Shown here: positions 1 through 13,239 of the stretch, in pieces
How the letters are laid out: every line of letters begins with the position of its first letter
Numbering within the stretch: the stretch's first letter is position 1
Source of the DNA: Lophium mytilinum
Lineage: Eukaryota
DNA: 64,000 bases
Reading direction: 5' to 3'
Assembly: GCA_010093605.1 (NCBI GenBank)
Contig: MU004189.1
Span: 1,061,834 to 1,125,833, forward strand
Notes under the pieces: model-generated
Seen by the model: only the letters and a program-made list of their open reading frames with translations
Told to the model about the DNA's origin: nothing
The model's database searches: none
Position numbers and translations under genes: made by a program

Positions 1-108
1 CTCTGCTGTCAAGCCTCACCTCGTAGCATTTCTGAAATAGTCCTCTGTTAACACCTTCCTCCAACCTAGTCAATCGTTGTTCATGCCATATCCCACATTA
101 TTAATCCC

Positions 109-1980
109 ATGTTTTCCCGACTACATCTTCTTCCAAACTCAATCCTTCTCTCTTTCCTTCTCCAGAACATCGCCCATGTCTTGGCTGATCTATCTCCATA
201 TTTCAGTGACAAGAAATTCGACAATGGCGAATACGGCTCTTACCCTATGCAGACTTTTCACTCCTCTGATATCGTAGCGCCGCGAATCAACATTCTTAGC
301 TCGAGTTCACGATGTGACGACGGATCGTACATTCTAATAACTCCACGAGGTCATAGAGTTCCAGATGAAGCTCGGGGCCCAATGATCCTCGACCACCGAG
401 GTGATCTAGTCTGGGCTGTGACTGGGTACGAGCAAACTTACGACTTGATGGTTCAGGAATACGCTGGCCAACAGTATTTAACATTCTGGGGCGGGAACGA
501 TGCCATAGGTGGCCACGGTGCTGGTCATTACTATATGGTATGAAGACTTTCAAGCCTTCCCTTTCTTCGCTTCACTGGTCCATCATTACCTCCAGGTCAT
601 TACAAGCCGTTATCGAACGATACAGCTAATACCAAGCAGATTGATTCAACTTACAAACAGACCAGCAAAGTTGGTGCCGCCTCCGGGATGGCTGCCGATC
701 TCCACGAATTTCGCTTTACAGATGAAGGCACCGCTCTGATTACCGTGTACGATGTCCATCAAGTTGATCTCACATCGGTCGGAAAGTCAAAGGACGGATA
801 TGTATGGGATAGTGTTGTGCAAGAGATCAACATTTACAACGGAGAACTACTCTTCCAATGGCGTGCGTCTGACCACTACAACGTCGTTGATTCCTTTCAT
901 GACGTCGGAGACGAAGGAGCACAAGACACACCTTGGGACTTCTTCCACATTAACAGTATTGAGAAGGATCCCTGGGGCAACTATTTGGTATCATCGCGCT
1001 ACATGCACACCATCACATACATCAACGGTACCTCCGGATCCATCATCTGGAGACTCGGTGGCAAGCGCAACGATTTCAAAGACCTATCCAACGGTCGAGC
1101 AACAGACTTCACTTTCCAGCACGATGCACGATGGCACCATAACTACACCGTCATCAGTCTCTTTGATAACGGTGCTCAGTACCCAAGCCACGATGAGAAC
1201 GCACCATACAGTCGTGGAATGAAGATCGCTATTGACGACGAGAAGATGACTGCGCGACTAGTAACCGAATACATCAACCCAGAAAAGCTCCTCAGCTCGT
1301 CGCAAGGCAGTACTCAAGTCCTCCCAAACGGCAACGTGTTGGTTGGATATGGATACAACGGGGCCTTCACCGAATATGCTGCCAACGGCGATACATTATG
1401 CGATGCGCACTTCGGCTCCGCAAAGAGTTTCCACACTGGCGAAGTTCAAAGTTACCGCGCGATGAAATTCAACTGGACTGGCCGACCGAATACAAGACCT
1501 AGCATGGCGATCTTAGACGGGTCTGCGTATGTGAGCTGGAATGGAGCGACCGAAGTGCACCAGTGGGTGGTTGACAACTGCGATTATGAGGACGGAGAAG
1601 AAGAGTCATGGCGGCCTGTCATTAACGCCAAGAAGAACGGGTTTGAGACCATGATTCCTCTCAGCAAAGCTCTGGGGCCCTACATCAGAATTGCCGCCCT
1701 CGACAAAGCGGGCCGTACCATCAGCACCACTGAAACAGTTCCCTTCGACGGCGTGCGTATTTTCCAATCAGACGTGGCACCACTACTCTGCTAACTGCTT
1801 TTTTAGGAGACTGTGATACAGGAACTTCAGCTTACCAGCTCGAGTAGCAGGCCGATTGTACTTTTCATCGGGGTTCTCACCTGTGCTACCACTGCGATAG
1901 TCATCGGATGGGTGTTGAAGCGATTGCGCCGGCGGACGCATGTTCAGTATTCGAAGCTTGCGACGGCCACGATGATGTAG
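109..1980 (+). CDS. Arylsulfotransferase (ASST/Arylsulfotran_2)-like protein with signal peptide and C-terminal TM anchor; exons 109-537, 640-1752, 1807-1980
   Basis: Motifs DLHEFRFT, WDFFHINSIEKD, WRLGGK, FQHDARW, SQGSTQVLPNGNVLVGYG, VSWNGATEV. GT-AG introns with CTAAY branch sites join in frame. Last exon encodes IVLFIGVLTCATTAIVIGWVL followed by KRLRRR. Confidence 0.85.
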
Positions 1981-2877
1981 CGGTGACATCCAAAAGCTTT
2001 CGCTTGTTTTCTTCCATGTTTTGCGATTTTCCTTTTCGTGCAATATACTATTCCAAGCTTTACAACGCATAGATTGCTCGTTCGCAAGCCGTCGCAAGAC
2101 CGCAACTGCTCGATCTCCTACCGATCCCAAATACACGCAAACTCTATAACAACGCTGAACGCTCATCGCAACACGAGACTTCATTGCATTCGACCAGTTC
2201 TGTTCACTAGGATTGGGATCCTGCAGGGGTTGATCCGCGACGCAATCCGTCTCCACGCCAAGCCACCTCCCGCGAATTGGGGCGAGAGCGTGCGGCACAG
2301 CAACACCACATCCACAACGCTTCAATAAAGTCTCACATACCTGGCACCCAACACTTTTGCAAGCGCCCGGCGGGCTTGGTCCAATCGAGCGCAGGCTAAA
2401 GAGGCACAGCCGACCCCTGCATCCGCGAAGAGCGGAATAACGGCGCCACCCGTCTCGTCCCGCCTGTCTGCCTTGCTAAGAATACATTGACAGCAAGCGC
2501 AGATAAGACTTTCTTGTGGTAGTGTAGTCTATTTGCCAATGGTGTTGTAGGGTTGAAGGCGGCTGATGTCTGGCTGCGGAGGAGGCATTGCGCAATCCAT
2601 GCCCGGACTGCATATTTTACCACATCTTCTGTACCAGCAGCGTGGACATAGCGTTAGCATATGCGAACCAAGCAGCCAGGATTATGGCTGCGGAAAGAAG
2701 AGATGGTTCGCAGTGGGTATATCTGGCCGTGCATCACCCCATAATGCTAGGATCGTTTTCCCATACTACCACACGTTCCAACTTTCCAGAACGATCGCTT
2801 CGCTCTTGAAGCTTTACCTTTTCATCATCGATAGTCTAATCGAGTAGCTGGCTACACTGAGAATTGCGTCAGACATC

Positions 2878-3991
2878 ATGGGTTGCGGTTCCTGCCTCAT
2901 GGTCACGCTTCGGCTTTTCCAGGCCCTATGCGCCATCACCATGCTAGCTCTGGGTGTATGGAGTGCGTTTGCCCAAATCTCTTTGCCATTTCGCAAGACT
3001 CAAAGCTGAACTCTTATAGTCAACGACACCGTCACCAGCGCCCGCGAAAAAGGCGACGACGTGATCAACGCCATATTTGAAGACCCGGACCGCGAGAAAC
3101 TAGTCCGAAACTTCTTCGACTCCCTCCTCCAGACCCCAAAGCGTGTCTGGTTCACTATCGGTGCTGTACGTCCCCATCCCTCAAACAACCCATCTTCCCA
3201 CCACATCAACCTAACCCACAAGCCAGGGCACCTGGACCCTCCTCTACCTCCTTCTTCTAACCACCACCCACCTCATCTCCCGCCGCCGCACTCGCAAAAC
3301 CCAGAGCATCCCCACTTCCTACACACCTCCGCCGTCTACCTCGAATTCCACCCCAAAACGCCTCCACCCACTCCCGACACCCCTCCACCTCTCCCTCGAC
3401 CTCCTCACCACCTTCCTCCTCGCCGCCGCCTTCGCCGCCGTCGCCTCCCTCGCCCTCTCGCTAGAACCCGTGTGCATAGCGCTGGATTTCGTGGCGCCGG
3501 AGACGCTCGCGTTCGTGAAGGTGTGCCCGATTAGTAAGGTCGAGGCTGTTATGAGCGGGCTGACTTGGTACGCAACTGCACTTCTCCGCTCTGGTATTTT
3601 GGTTGAAGTTAACAGTAGCAGGTTACTCTTTGCGTTCACCTCAGTTAGTTTAGTCGTGAAACACTGCTGCGGGTGCGTGAAGCGTAGGAGGGATAGGAGG
3701 ACGAAGAGGGTGAACTTTGACCCTGCGGCTTCGACGGCTGGTATGGTTCCACGAATGGGGTATGCGGCGGTTCCGGCTCCGCATGTCTATGCGGGTGATC
3801 ATCTTGGACAGCCGATGGAGGTTGGGAGGGAGGGCGATGTGCGATATGATCCGTATTCGCCCATTGATGGGCGGGGGAAGAGGGGGTTTGTAGAGGTTAG
3901 AGTTGCGGAGGACGAAGGTGGTAGAAAAGGAGAGAAGGAGAAGAGGGGATTGTTTGGGATTATGGGGATGAAAGGAGGGCGAAGGGGATAG
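2878..3991 (+). CDS. Multi-pass membrane protein, MARVEL-like (about 4 exons)
   Basis: MGCGSCLMVTLRLFQALCAITMLALGVW, then GTGCGT..TAG and GTACGT..CTAAC..CAG introns linking hydrophobic segments (GTWTLLYLLLL, LLTTFLLAAAFAAVASLAL, LLFAFTSVSLVV) to ORF 3470-3991. Confidence 0.6.
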
Positions 3992-4472
3992 ACTTAGCGG
4001 GGGAATACATGGCTGGACCATGCAGGCGATGCAAAAATGTCGCAAGATTTTTGTGTCTCACAATTTCTCCATCTATCTCTAGGCCAAGCTTGATCGCATG
4101 TCTGATGAGATGATATGCGGCCCAGAATATAGCCACCAGGAACCCACTTCACCAGAACTCTGTCACGTGCACCCAAAAACACAGAAAGGCATGTATCGAG
4201 CCGCCAAAAAATCCAGTCCTGCAGGTGTTCGCCTTACGCTTTCCTCTTGTCGTCATCTAAGCTGTTCACTCTTGCGCATTTAGCCTTACAGATTCTATAC
4301 CGTCACGTGTCTGCGTGCCCCCCCCCCCTCCCACCCCCCAATCGGGAAGGCCCGGGTGGTCTAAAACCGTACCACCACGCCGCGCAAACCCCCCGGCTTC
4401 AAAGTTCACTGTGCGACCTTCTGTTCTTAACACTCATGCAGCACCATAGCCAAGACTTGCTTAAGTGGGTAA

Positions 4473-5127
4473 TAGACGTATACCGCAGCCGTATATACAC
4501 CCTAGATATGGGCAAGTGCCCTTTTTCTACTAGATGCTACTAATAGGGGCAAGTTTTACATTAGGGTAGTAAGTTTATAAAATTTATAAATATTACTATT
4601 TAATACTACTAATTAAGATTATTAAAAGTAGTAATAAAGGCTAGCTACTAATTATAGATAGAGAGCTATAAGGTAGTCTATAATAGTATATATAGTATAG
4701 TATCTAGAGTTATTTTATTTTAGAATCTATACTATATATACTATCTTAATATAGTAGATATATACTACTATAGAATATAAAGGCTACTATAAGTATAAAA
4801 TATAGGCTTAGAGGGGTTACTATTATATTAATCTATTACTTCTTACTATATTAAGATAGTATATATAGTATAGATTCTAAGGTAAGATAACTCTAGATAC
4901 TATACTATATATACTATTATAGACTACCTTATAGCTTTCTATCTATAATTAGTAGCTAGCCCCTATTACTACTTTTAATAATTTTAATTAGTAGTATTAA
5001 ATAGTAATATTTATAAATTTTATAAACTTACTACTCTAATATAAAACTTACCCCTATTAGTAGCGTCTAGTAGAAAAAGGGTACTTACCTATGTCTAGGG
5101 TGCATATATGGCTGCGGTATGCGTCTA
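4473..5127. repeat. RIP-damaged long inverted repeat (arms ~4473-4756 and ~4844-5127, ~87 bp spacer)
   Basis: Left arm TAGACGTATACCGCAGCC...CTATCTTAATATAGTA is the reverse complement of right arm TACTATATTAAGATAG...GGCTGCGGTATGCGTCTA. Differences are mostly transitions and the core is very TpA-rich. Confidence 0.85.
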
Positions 5128-5551
5128 GTAAGGAGTAATAGATTGACATAATAGTAACCCCTCTAAGCCTACGTTTTGCGCTTGCAGCAGCCCCTGTATT
5201 CCATGGCGGTATGCGTCTAATGGGCTGCAGCACCGCAGGGGTCGTGCTGCAGGCCATCGGCGCTAGGATCGGGCGGATCCGAGATGCTGGGTGGAAGGAA
5301 GTGGGGCGGGAACGTGCGTGCGGCAGGCACGTGGGATAGGCAATCGGGTGGGCGGGAGAGGCTGGTCGGTGCCTTGGTTGTGGGACTGGGTCGAGGCTGG
5401 GGTGGGGTTGTGCTGCCTGTGGCGCGTGGAAGATCCGAGACGTGCGCTCAATGCGCCAAATGCTTATGATGACTTCGAGATGAATTAACATTAGATTAGC
5501 TATGATACTGATATGTTGTTACACTTTTTCAAACACTCCCCACGACCTCAA

Positions 5552-7257
5552 TCAATGGAGCCGAGCCAGCATCTTCCTCCACCCCGCCTTCTCTTCTACT
5601 TCCTCCTCCTCGTCCATCCCAACATGGATCCATCTCCCATCATCCAGATCCACTTCATGCGGCTTCGCAAAGCCCGTCCGCGTGACAGCCTTATGCCCTG
5701 TATACGCAACCACGAAAAGAATCAAGCTAATATACGCCACGAAAAACCCCTTCGTACTCCACGGTAAAAACGCCGTAAAGCCCTGGCCGAAGATAATGAT
5801 CACGCACCATACGAGCCCGTACCACGCTGCGTACGGCTGGCAAGGCGCTGTATACGGAAGATCGGCCCGCGATCTCGCCTGCACTTTCAGGGCCCGCATG
5901 AGAGCAAGATGGGAGCCGCAGATGCATGCCCAGGCAATAAAGCCAGCGACGGCGATGATGTTCAGGAACCAGTTGAAGACATCGCCGCCGTTGCTGCTAA
6001 GGTTCATGAAGCCGAGAAGGCCGAAGGCCGAGGTAACAGCGACGGCGTAGACAGGGACGCCGCGGCGGTTCGTTTTGCTGAGAAATGCTGGGGCGCAAGA
6101 AGAGTCGGCGAGGGCGATGAGGATGCGGGAGCCGGAGTAGACGTTAGAGAGGGCGGCGGAGAGGACGACGGTGATGAGAATCGCGTTGATGATATCGGGG
6201 AGGGCTTTAACGCCCGCGAGCTTCGCGGCGATGACGAGAGGCGAGGCGGCGGCGTTGGTGGTGCCGATGAGGAGCTCTTCGTTGTTGTAGGGGACTAGGA
6301 TGCCAATGAAGAAGATGGTGGAGATGAAGCAGGATAATATCGTCCAGAAAGTCTTGCGGATAGCACTGGGCATTGTCTTGCCTGGGTTCTCGCTTTCGCC
6401 GGCGCCGACACCAACGAGTTCGGTGCCTTGGTAGGCGAAACCAGCTTGGATGAGTACGGCAAGGCAGCCGACAGCTTTGGCACCTGCTGGAGAGGCAGAA
6501 GTGTCAGCGAGAGAGGGGTATGGTGCGAATGCTCCCGGGGTGCGCCAGTAACGGAAACCGATGTAGCCGTCATCTCCTGCGCCAGCGTTGATGCATATGG
6601 CGAAGATAGCGAACCCAGCCAGGGCGATGACTTTGATGCTTGCAAACCAGACCTCGCACTCGGCGTAAAGATTGACGGGAAGAAAATTGAGCGCTGTGAT
6701 GGGCACCCAGAAGATTGCGATCCAGGCTCCGATGCTGACTTTCTCCGTCCAGTATTGCATTACTAGACCCGCAGCGGTCAGCTCGAGCGCGTAGGTGATA
6801 GCCCAGCTAAACCAGTATATCCATCCAAGGGCGAAACCGAGAGACGGATCTACAAATCGTGCGGCATGTTGTGTGAAAGAGCCGGCTAGCGGGTATGCGG
6901 TGGAAAGTTCGGCGAGAGAGAAGGTGACGGCGTAGACGATCGTGCCGACGAAAGCATATCCTATGAGAGCTCCAGCAGGTCCAGCGGTGGAGAGGGATGT
7001 GCCTGAGGCAATGAAGACACCTGTGCCAACAGTGCCGCCTGGTTTAGTCAGCTTTGAGATCTTTGAGTTTGGGAATGGGATTGCGGACCAACGGCGATCA
7101 ACTGGAGATGGCGGCTTTTGAGGGTTCGTTGAAGTTCGTTAGTCGTGCCTGGGATTTGCTTCTCTAAATCACTCGATGAGTGGATAGATGATTTCTCTGC
7201 ATTGTCTGCCATAGACTTGGTTGGAGGAGAGGGCACGGGAAGGGCATTGACTTCCAT
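5552..7257 (-). CDS. Yeast amino acid transporter (YAT, APC superfamily) permease; intron 7039-7088
   Basis: LQRTLKSRHLQLIAV-GGTVGTG after splicing; ECEVWFASIKV, GFRYWRTPGAF, AYQGTELVGVGAGES, SPLVIAA, YSGSRIL motifs. Confidence 0.92.
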
Positions 7258-7877
7258 TGTGGTAGTAGAATTATGACTAGATTAGAGCACGTTCGCGAGA
7301 CTCTATGTTTGAGGTATATTGACTTGACGGTGATAGAAACACTTGAAGTGTAATGACTGAGAGCTTGGCTATGGCATGGTGGCTATATATGACGATCCTC
7401 AACGACACACCCACGCGAAGAAAAACAATGGAAAAACTCGAAGGGTTACCATTTCAGAGTTTTAGCGATGGGCCCACATGTAACGTGTGGTTAATACTAC
7501 ATGGAGCTCATTTAAGCTTTTGGGCGCGGAGCCAAGCCCAGACTCGGACGGGAAATAAGAGTTTTCAGGTGGAGTGACCTATTTCAGCTAGCATGTCGCG
7601 TTGTGAGCATCGCCCCGGGTACCATCGGACAGCCAGCGCGAGAATCTAGATGGTCAAGAGACACAGTGTGTGTTGTAACTGTGCTCGGATGTCGGAGTCG
7701 TGCGCGGCGTGATGCGTCGTGGAGGGACGATAGTTGAAGTGGTGATGCAGGTGGTGCGCCTCTTTGGCGGGAAGAACGTTTCGCCGGTGGTGTGGCGCAT
7801 CTGGGCCGGCCCCACGTGATCCTCTCCCGGCAGTCAGCTGTTAATCTTTGGGGCTACTCGTGCAAAAGCAGCAAGTA

Positions 7878-8215
7878 CAGTAAACCCCCGTTATAGTGTT
7901 CTCGCAATGCAGTGACACTTTCTATAGAATGATATATTTCGGCTGACCGTACATTTTTATATAGGGTATAGTAATAAGCTAGTTAATATAGTATTATAAG
8001 CCCCCGCTCACTAAAATCACACTTAGCAGGGGTAACTTTTATACGGGCGGGTGGTCCGTGGTACCTCTAACCCTCCCTGGAACCCCCTAATCTTGGTGTT
8101 TTAGGAGGCCGCTAGCTTATAAAGCTCTAGCACGTAACATTAGATCTAGTAATATTCTCTATACAGTAATACAACCTCTCGGCAAAAACCGTATTACTAT
8201 AACTAGGGGCTACTG
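7878..8215. mobile_element. Non-autonomous Tc1/mariner-pogo-type MITE, partly RIPped
   Basis: TA|CAGTAAACCCCCGTTATAGT ... ACTATAACTAGGGGCTACTG|TA: imperfect TIRs starting CAGT, TA on both sides, TpA-rich interior. Confidence 0.65.
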
Positions 8216-9096
8216 TAATCGTATGCATAAAGCTTCAAAAGAGGGGGTTTCAATTTCCGGACTCTGCATTAAGAGAATTGTAGAACTAAGTCACTTGATC
8301 AATACAATCTCAACTCATCACTTTCTATACAATTACCTTGACAATTAGCACCAGCCAATACCGCGACTGGACGAATGGGTAGTAACAAACTATCACCATG
8401 AGGTTTTGAAGATCGCCGAATATCGCAAGGAGCTCGGCCTGAAGCTAGAAGGCTGGTTTCATACCCTACACGTACGAGAGCACATCAGCCACCAATACTT
8501 CGGTACAGTCCACGCACTGATCAACAGACCAAGGCGGGGGGTAAAGCGGTCAATTCCGGCGGTGGGTTGGGTCACGTGGGGTCGCATTGCCGAACTCCAG
8601 AACACTGAGCTTCACAGCATGTGCCGCCCCGCTGAATTGGCCCTCGCATACCTAGTATTGTCTCTACCTCCATGCATCGAAACTGTACTGCCATTGACGG
8701 AGCGGGGTGGTGCTCTGGAGTACGTACTGGCGGTGAAATGCACTCAAGCAAAGCCTAGCTTTTTCACTAGTTCCGCCACCCGAGCCTGTCCTTGTCCAGG
8801 GATCCCTCTTTAATATCCCGGAGCGCTCTCCAACCTACTCAGCGTACTCGTACAACAGATAAATGGTTCTTATATCTATGGGCTGAGTTAAGGGCTTTAT
8901 GCAAGGGAGTGCCACCACCAATCGGTTTAGGCCGACATGTCGCCCTATATTCGATCTATCACAAAGGTGCAACTCGACTTTGCTCTGGAGGGGGGACCCA
9001 GATGACCCAGCAATCTTGCACCCTCGAGCCTCGTCTGCAGTTGTGTCCGATTGCTCGCTGTAACCACAATGAGCACATGCGATGCGGCGCCGCCCG

Positions 9097-9174
9097 CATA
9101 ACCCCGGTCAACAGCGGATTGCCATAACCCCGGTCAACAGCGGATTGCCATAACCCCGGTCAACAGCGGATTGC
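9097..9174. repeat. 26-bp perfect tandem repeat x3 (CATAACCCCGGTCAACAGCGGATTGC)
   Basis: Directly visible. It is followed by a diverged ~50-bp duplication at ~9210-9310. Confidence 0.9.
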
Positions 9175-9966
9175 GGTCTGGTTCGCTTTTCGGGTTAGGT
9201 CCTACGCACTTACGCCCCGTCTTGCGGCAGCTCATTTGAACACGCACGCTTTCTGTAATCTTTACATTACGCCCCGTTTTGCGGCTCTTTTAAACATACA
9301 TGCTTTCTGCAGTATCATTTGCATGCATACCAACCCCTGCCAATCAGTATACTCCCCATGAATCAGAGCGTATGAAACCCGGTGATGTGATTGGTGTCTT
9401 TGTCGTCGTCGTCTGCGTAGAATGGGACCGCGGGTTTGTAACGCCCACCACTGCCCGCCTCAATTAACATAGGAACTGCTGCCGCTGCGCCCGTCAGCAA
9501 GACTCCCCCTCAATCTTCTCGTCCATGAATCCATGGCCGTTGCCTTACTTTGCTCACTGTCCTGCTCGCTGGCACGCCACGCTGATCGGCCTATAAGTAG
9601 TGCGGCATCCCGGCGTAAGAATGGAGGCAATGTCCTGGCTTATCCACCATCTCTATTCCTCTCCGCACACTGCCTTCTGTTCATCCTCGCCTGAGCCCTT
9701 AATACCATATCTTCAGAGCCACCGCCCTCATCCACTCACACCTTCCACCTCTCCCTCCTCTTCCTATTTGCCTTCGTCAAGCCCTCCTATCCACCGACAA
9801 GGATACACCACCCTCAGCCTTCCCTGTCTCCTTTCCCCATAATCGCTGCTCTACGCTTGCCGACTGAAGCAGTCATTCAAAGGGTCCCACACTAGGCACC
9901 ACATCTCAGCTAGCCTCCCTCCCACCGGTATCTTCTGTCGTAGCGTTCAAGGCCAAGAACAATACC

Positions 9967-10285
9967 ATGCCCGGCTGGCTCATCGATTCGGCCAAGACGC
10001 CCTTGGAGCAAGATCCTGGCGCAGCTTCTGGCGTCCGCGAAGAGCCAAACGATCCCAGTGATGTCCAGGCCCAAGTATTTTACCCCTTAAATTACTCTCA
10101 GATGATACTAGACCGAGGGCTGACACATTGCCATTCAGGATCAAAGTACTACGGGCCAAAGACTCCCGAGCACCCGCAATAATGATACCAATCGTAATGC
10201 TGATGCCGGACCCTCATACTCGATGACCCGCTGGCTCAATGAAAGCCCCCGAGAAGACCACTGGAGCACATACAGCCGTGGATGA
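9967..10285 (+). CDS. RW-x9-W microprotein copy 1 (84 aa); exons 9967-10074, 10139-10285
   Basis: ATACCATG start; phase-0 GTATTT..GCTGAC..CAG intron; exon 2 ends PSYSMTRWLNESPREDHWSTYSRG*; TATAAG at 9592. Confidence 0.8.
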
Positions 10286-12657
10286 GAGCATAGGTGCGGG
10301 TCATAATGGCTATAACTAAGACCTGGCTATGGATGCTGGCATCTGGAAAGGACACATCTTTCAGGGAGGTCGGTGACATGATGAGGTCCATGACTCCCTC
10401 TCTTGGGAGCTTTGGGATGGGCGTCTTGCTTATAGTTTGGTGCCGCGATGTTTTGTTTCCTGCGATCAGGCCGATGCGGCCAATGTCTCAGAGCTTCAAG
10501 GATGTAGAATTGTTATGATTGGATAAATGTATCGTGTGAACGGGAAATGGAGAGATTGACTTGAACCGAAAAACTTGCGTACTTAGGTCGCTATGCTCTA
10601 CTCACTAAATATGATTGTGGTAAGCTTATCGAAGACAGTCGACGCACGGCCGCATGAGTTAGCTAAGCGCCGAAAGCGCGACAGCGCAGACGGTTCGTTG
10701 CAGCCCTCTAGCAACACGACTTAACGGCGCCGTGAATGGCTAGCAAGGCAAAGCACTATGGAATCTCAAATGGGTCGTCGCTAAATATCATATCCATCGT
10801 CCACCATGACTATGCCGCTCTGCACCGACGGAAGCCCAATTTGAGGCAACAAGGTTGTGGAGAGGGAGTGAGAGAATTGCAAAGAGCAAGGACGACTAGC
10901 CAAATAGTGCGATGAAAATTAGCGTTTAACTGATTGAAGATGCAGATGGCTTGAAATTTCATGGTGGTGGATGGATAGAGGATGAGTAGGACAATTCACG
11001 AAAGGCTGACGTTCAGCCTGATCACGGGATCCGCTGACTAAGAAGCACGTGATGTTGAAGCGCGCCACGAATACGTCAATTTGTCCCTTTCCTCAATCGA
11101 GATGTAGGTAAGCAGTGGAGTCCCGAGAAAATTCTGAGCATGTACTGCTCGTACTGCAAACCGCGCTTGTGGTTATGGACATTTGAGACCATGGCACCGT
11201 CAGAGTAGATTCAACTAGGTGCAGCTATTCTAGTCTTTATACAAGGCAGCCCAGTGCAGTTCGCGGAATATGAACTAGTGTGAAGATTTCAAGTTTGTGT
11301 TATTTCGTAGATTCAGACTCCTTATGCTCTAGACGTGAATTCTTACTACCGCTCTTAGGCTCTTCATCACTAGCCGTTGATTGGCTGGCGGGTAGATCGA
11401 GGCACCTAGTAGTGCCTCGCAAACATCCCCGAAACTCTTATGATCACTATCTTTTTCATACTTTCACATGCATTCGGGCATCCAGATATTCTATGGCAAG
11501 GCGGGATAGCATGACGACGTCGAAGTGAAGACTAAAAGCTATGCTGCGGCGGCAATACACATTCCGCAATTCCACTTCTAGCCTCGAGACCGGCCTAGAC
11601 TTACACACCTCAGGCCATCCTTGGGGGTGTCCATGGTATAGGTCGATACCTTGCGCCTCACTTCGCTCGCCCCAAGGTTCCGCCCTGCGCACCCTGCCCA
11701 ATCACGCGATGCCCTTGCATGTGCCTAAGCACGTGACTTCATTGCTCCACCTCTAAATCAGCAACATCTTCTTGGTCAGTGACTTCTATTGCTCGTGATT
11801 CTGGTAGTGGCAGCCCTTTCCAGCGGTAGTGCACGGTTGAAGCCTTTGACGGGTCCATGATGTGGTGCGTCGTTCTTGAAGTCCGGTTGTTTGGTACAAG
11901 CTACGTTTTCAAGGCGTGGATGCTACTCAACTCCCAATCAGAGAAAGATGAGGTTTCCCTTCTGAAAGCAGGGGCGATGCTAGATCCTCGGGGTAGCAGA
12001 GAAATCCCTAGCGGGGCCAGTGAGCAGTTAAAAACCAGCCATGTGCGACGTTGACCTGCCCTATTGCACCATCCCCTGAACACGACCACAGAATGCCGCC
12101 GGGCGGCCTATCTTGGAGAAAGGTTGACTACGCGGAAACAAGTAGTTTTCCCGTCGATCAACACTGAATACTCTGTCGCGTTACTGAGCAGGCCCCGACC
12201 TCCAACATTTTGGATTGTGGGAGCACCGGAGCAGCCTCGAGATTTTGGCAGGTTCAAGACGTCAGAGTCTCGTTGCCGGTCACTGCTCAAAAGGGTGACT
12301 AATGGTTGTTGACACCTCAGACTGCTTGAGAGACTAAAATCCCGCGGATGAAACCAGGGCAAACTGCAGAGGCTAGGAAGCATGAGAATTGCCCTGTGAT
12401 TTCGACAACAGGAGGACTGAAACGAGAGAAAGAACTTACTTTTGCTGCAGCAGTCCCGGAGAAAGGTGTGTCGCTTGCTTTCATGGCATTCTTCACATCC
12501 CACGACTATAAGTAGAAGAATTTGATGTGCAACCTCCCTTTCTTTCGATCGCTTCTCTCCCCTTATCATCAACACCAACATACAGTGTCATTGGGCATTC
12601 TGATTTGCAGTACTTCTGCTCTTTACCCTACCAGTATCCACCGGGCCGTACCATACC

Positions 12658-13239
12658 ATGCCTGAGCGAACACCGTCTGCCACCATAGCAACGTCGGATG
12701 TGCTCGCTGACCCACCTATGGAGACCACGAAGATAGTGAAGAGTGTCGACGCGGTCACTGACAGTAGTCAATCTTCAGTGAGTCCTCACCAAGGCTCACT
12801 CGAGTTCAGGTTTACTGACCTCTCAAGCACACCGCTACCCGAGAAAATCCTCCAGGTGTCACTGAAACCTCGCACGCATCTCATGTCCTTCATCTTGAAA
12901 CCCAGGAGAGCCCCGGCCCTACTCGTTTCACCAACGGCGTCAGTCAGATGGTATAGAGCCTACCCGGTCGCGCCGCCCCAGCAAAGGACGGGTCATCATA
13001 GCAGCACTAATACACTCCTCATTTAGGGAACTGATATGAGTCTTCAGCATATCGTGGGTACTAAGTCTAGTGCTAAAGCGAGATTGTCTTACTCGATGTC
13101 AAGATGGCTCGCCGAGAGCCCAGAGGAGGAATACTGGCATACTTGTAGTCGGACAGATGTTTCCGAGCGTCGGATTGAGGATAGCTGCGAAGAAGAGGCG
13201 GCAATTACCTTCACTCTTAGCGGAAAACCGAGCTTGTAA
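12658..13239 (+). CDS. RW-x9-W microprotein copy 2 (151 aa); exons 12658-12777, 12828-12950, 13027-13239
   Basis: ATACCATG start; two phase-0 introns (GTGAGT..ACTGAC..AAG; GTATAG..ACTAAT..TAG); motif LSYSMSRWLAESPEEEYWHTCSRT; TATAAG at 12507. Confidence 0.78.
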
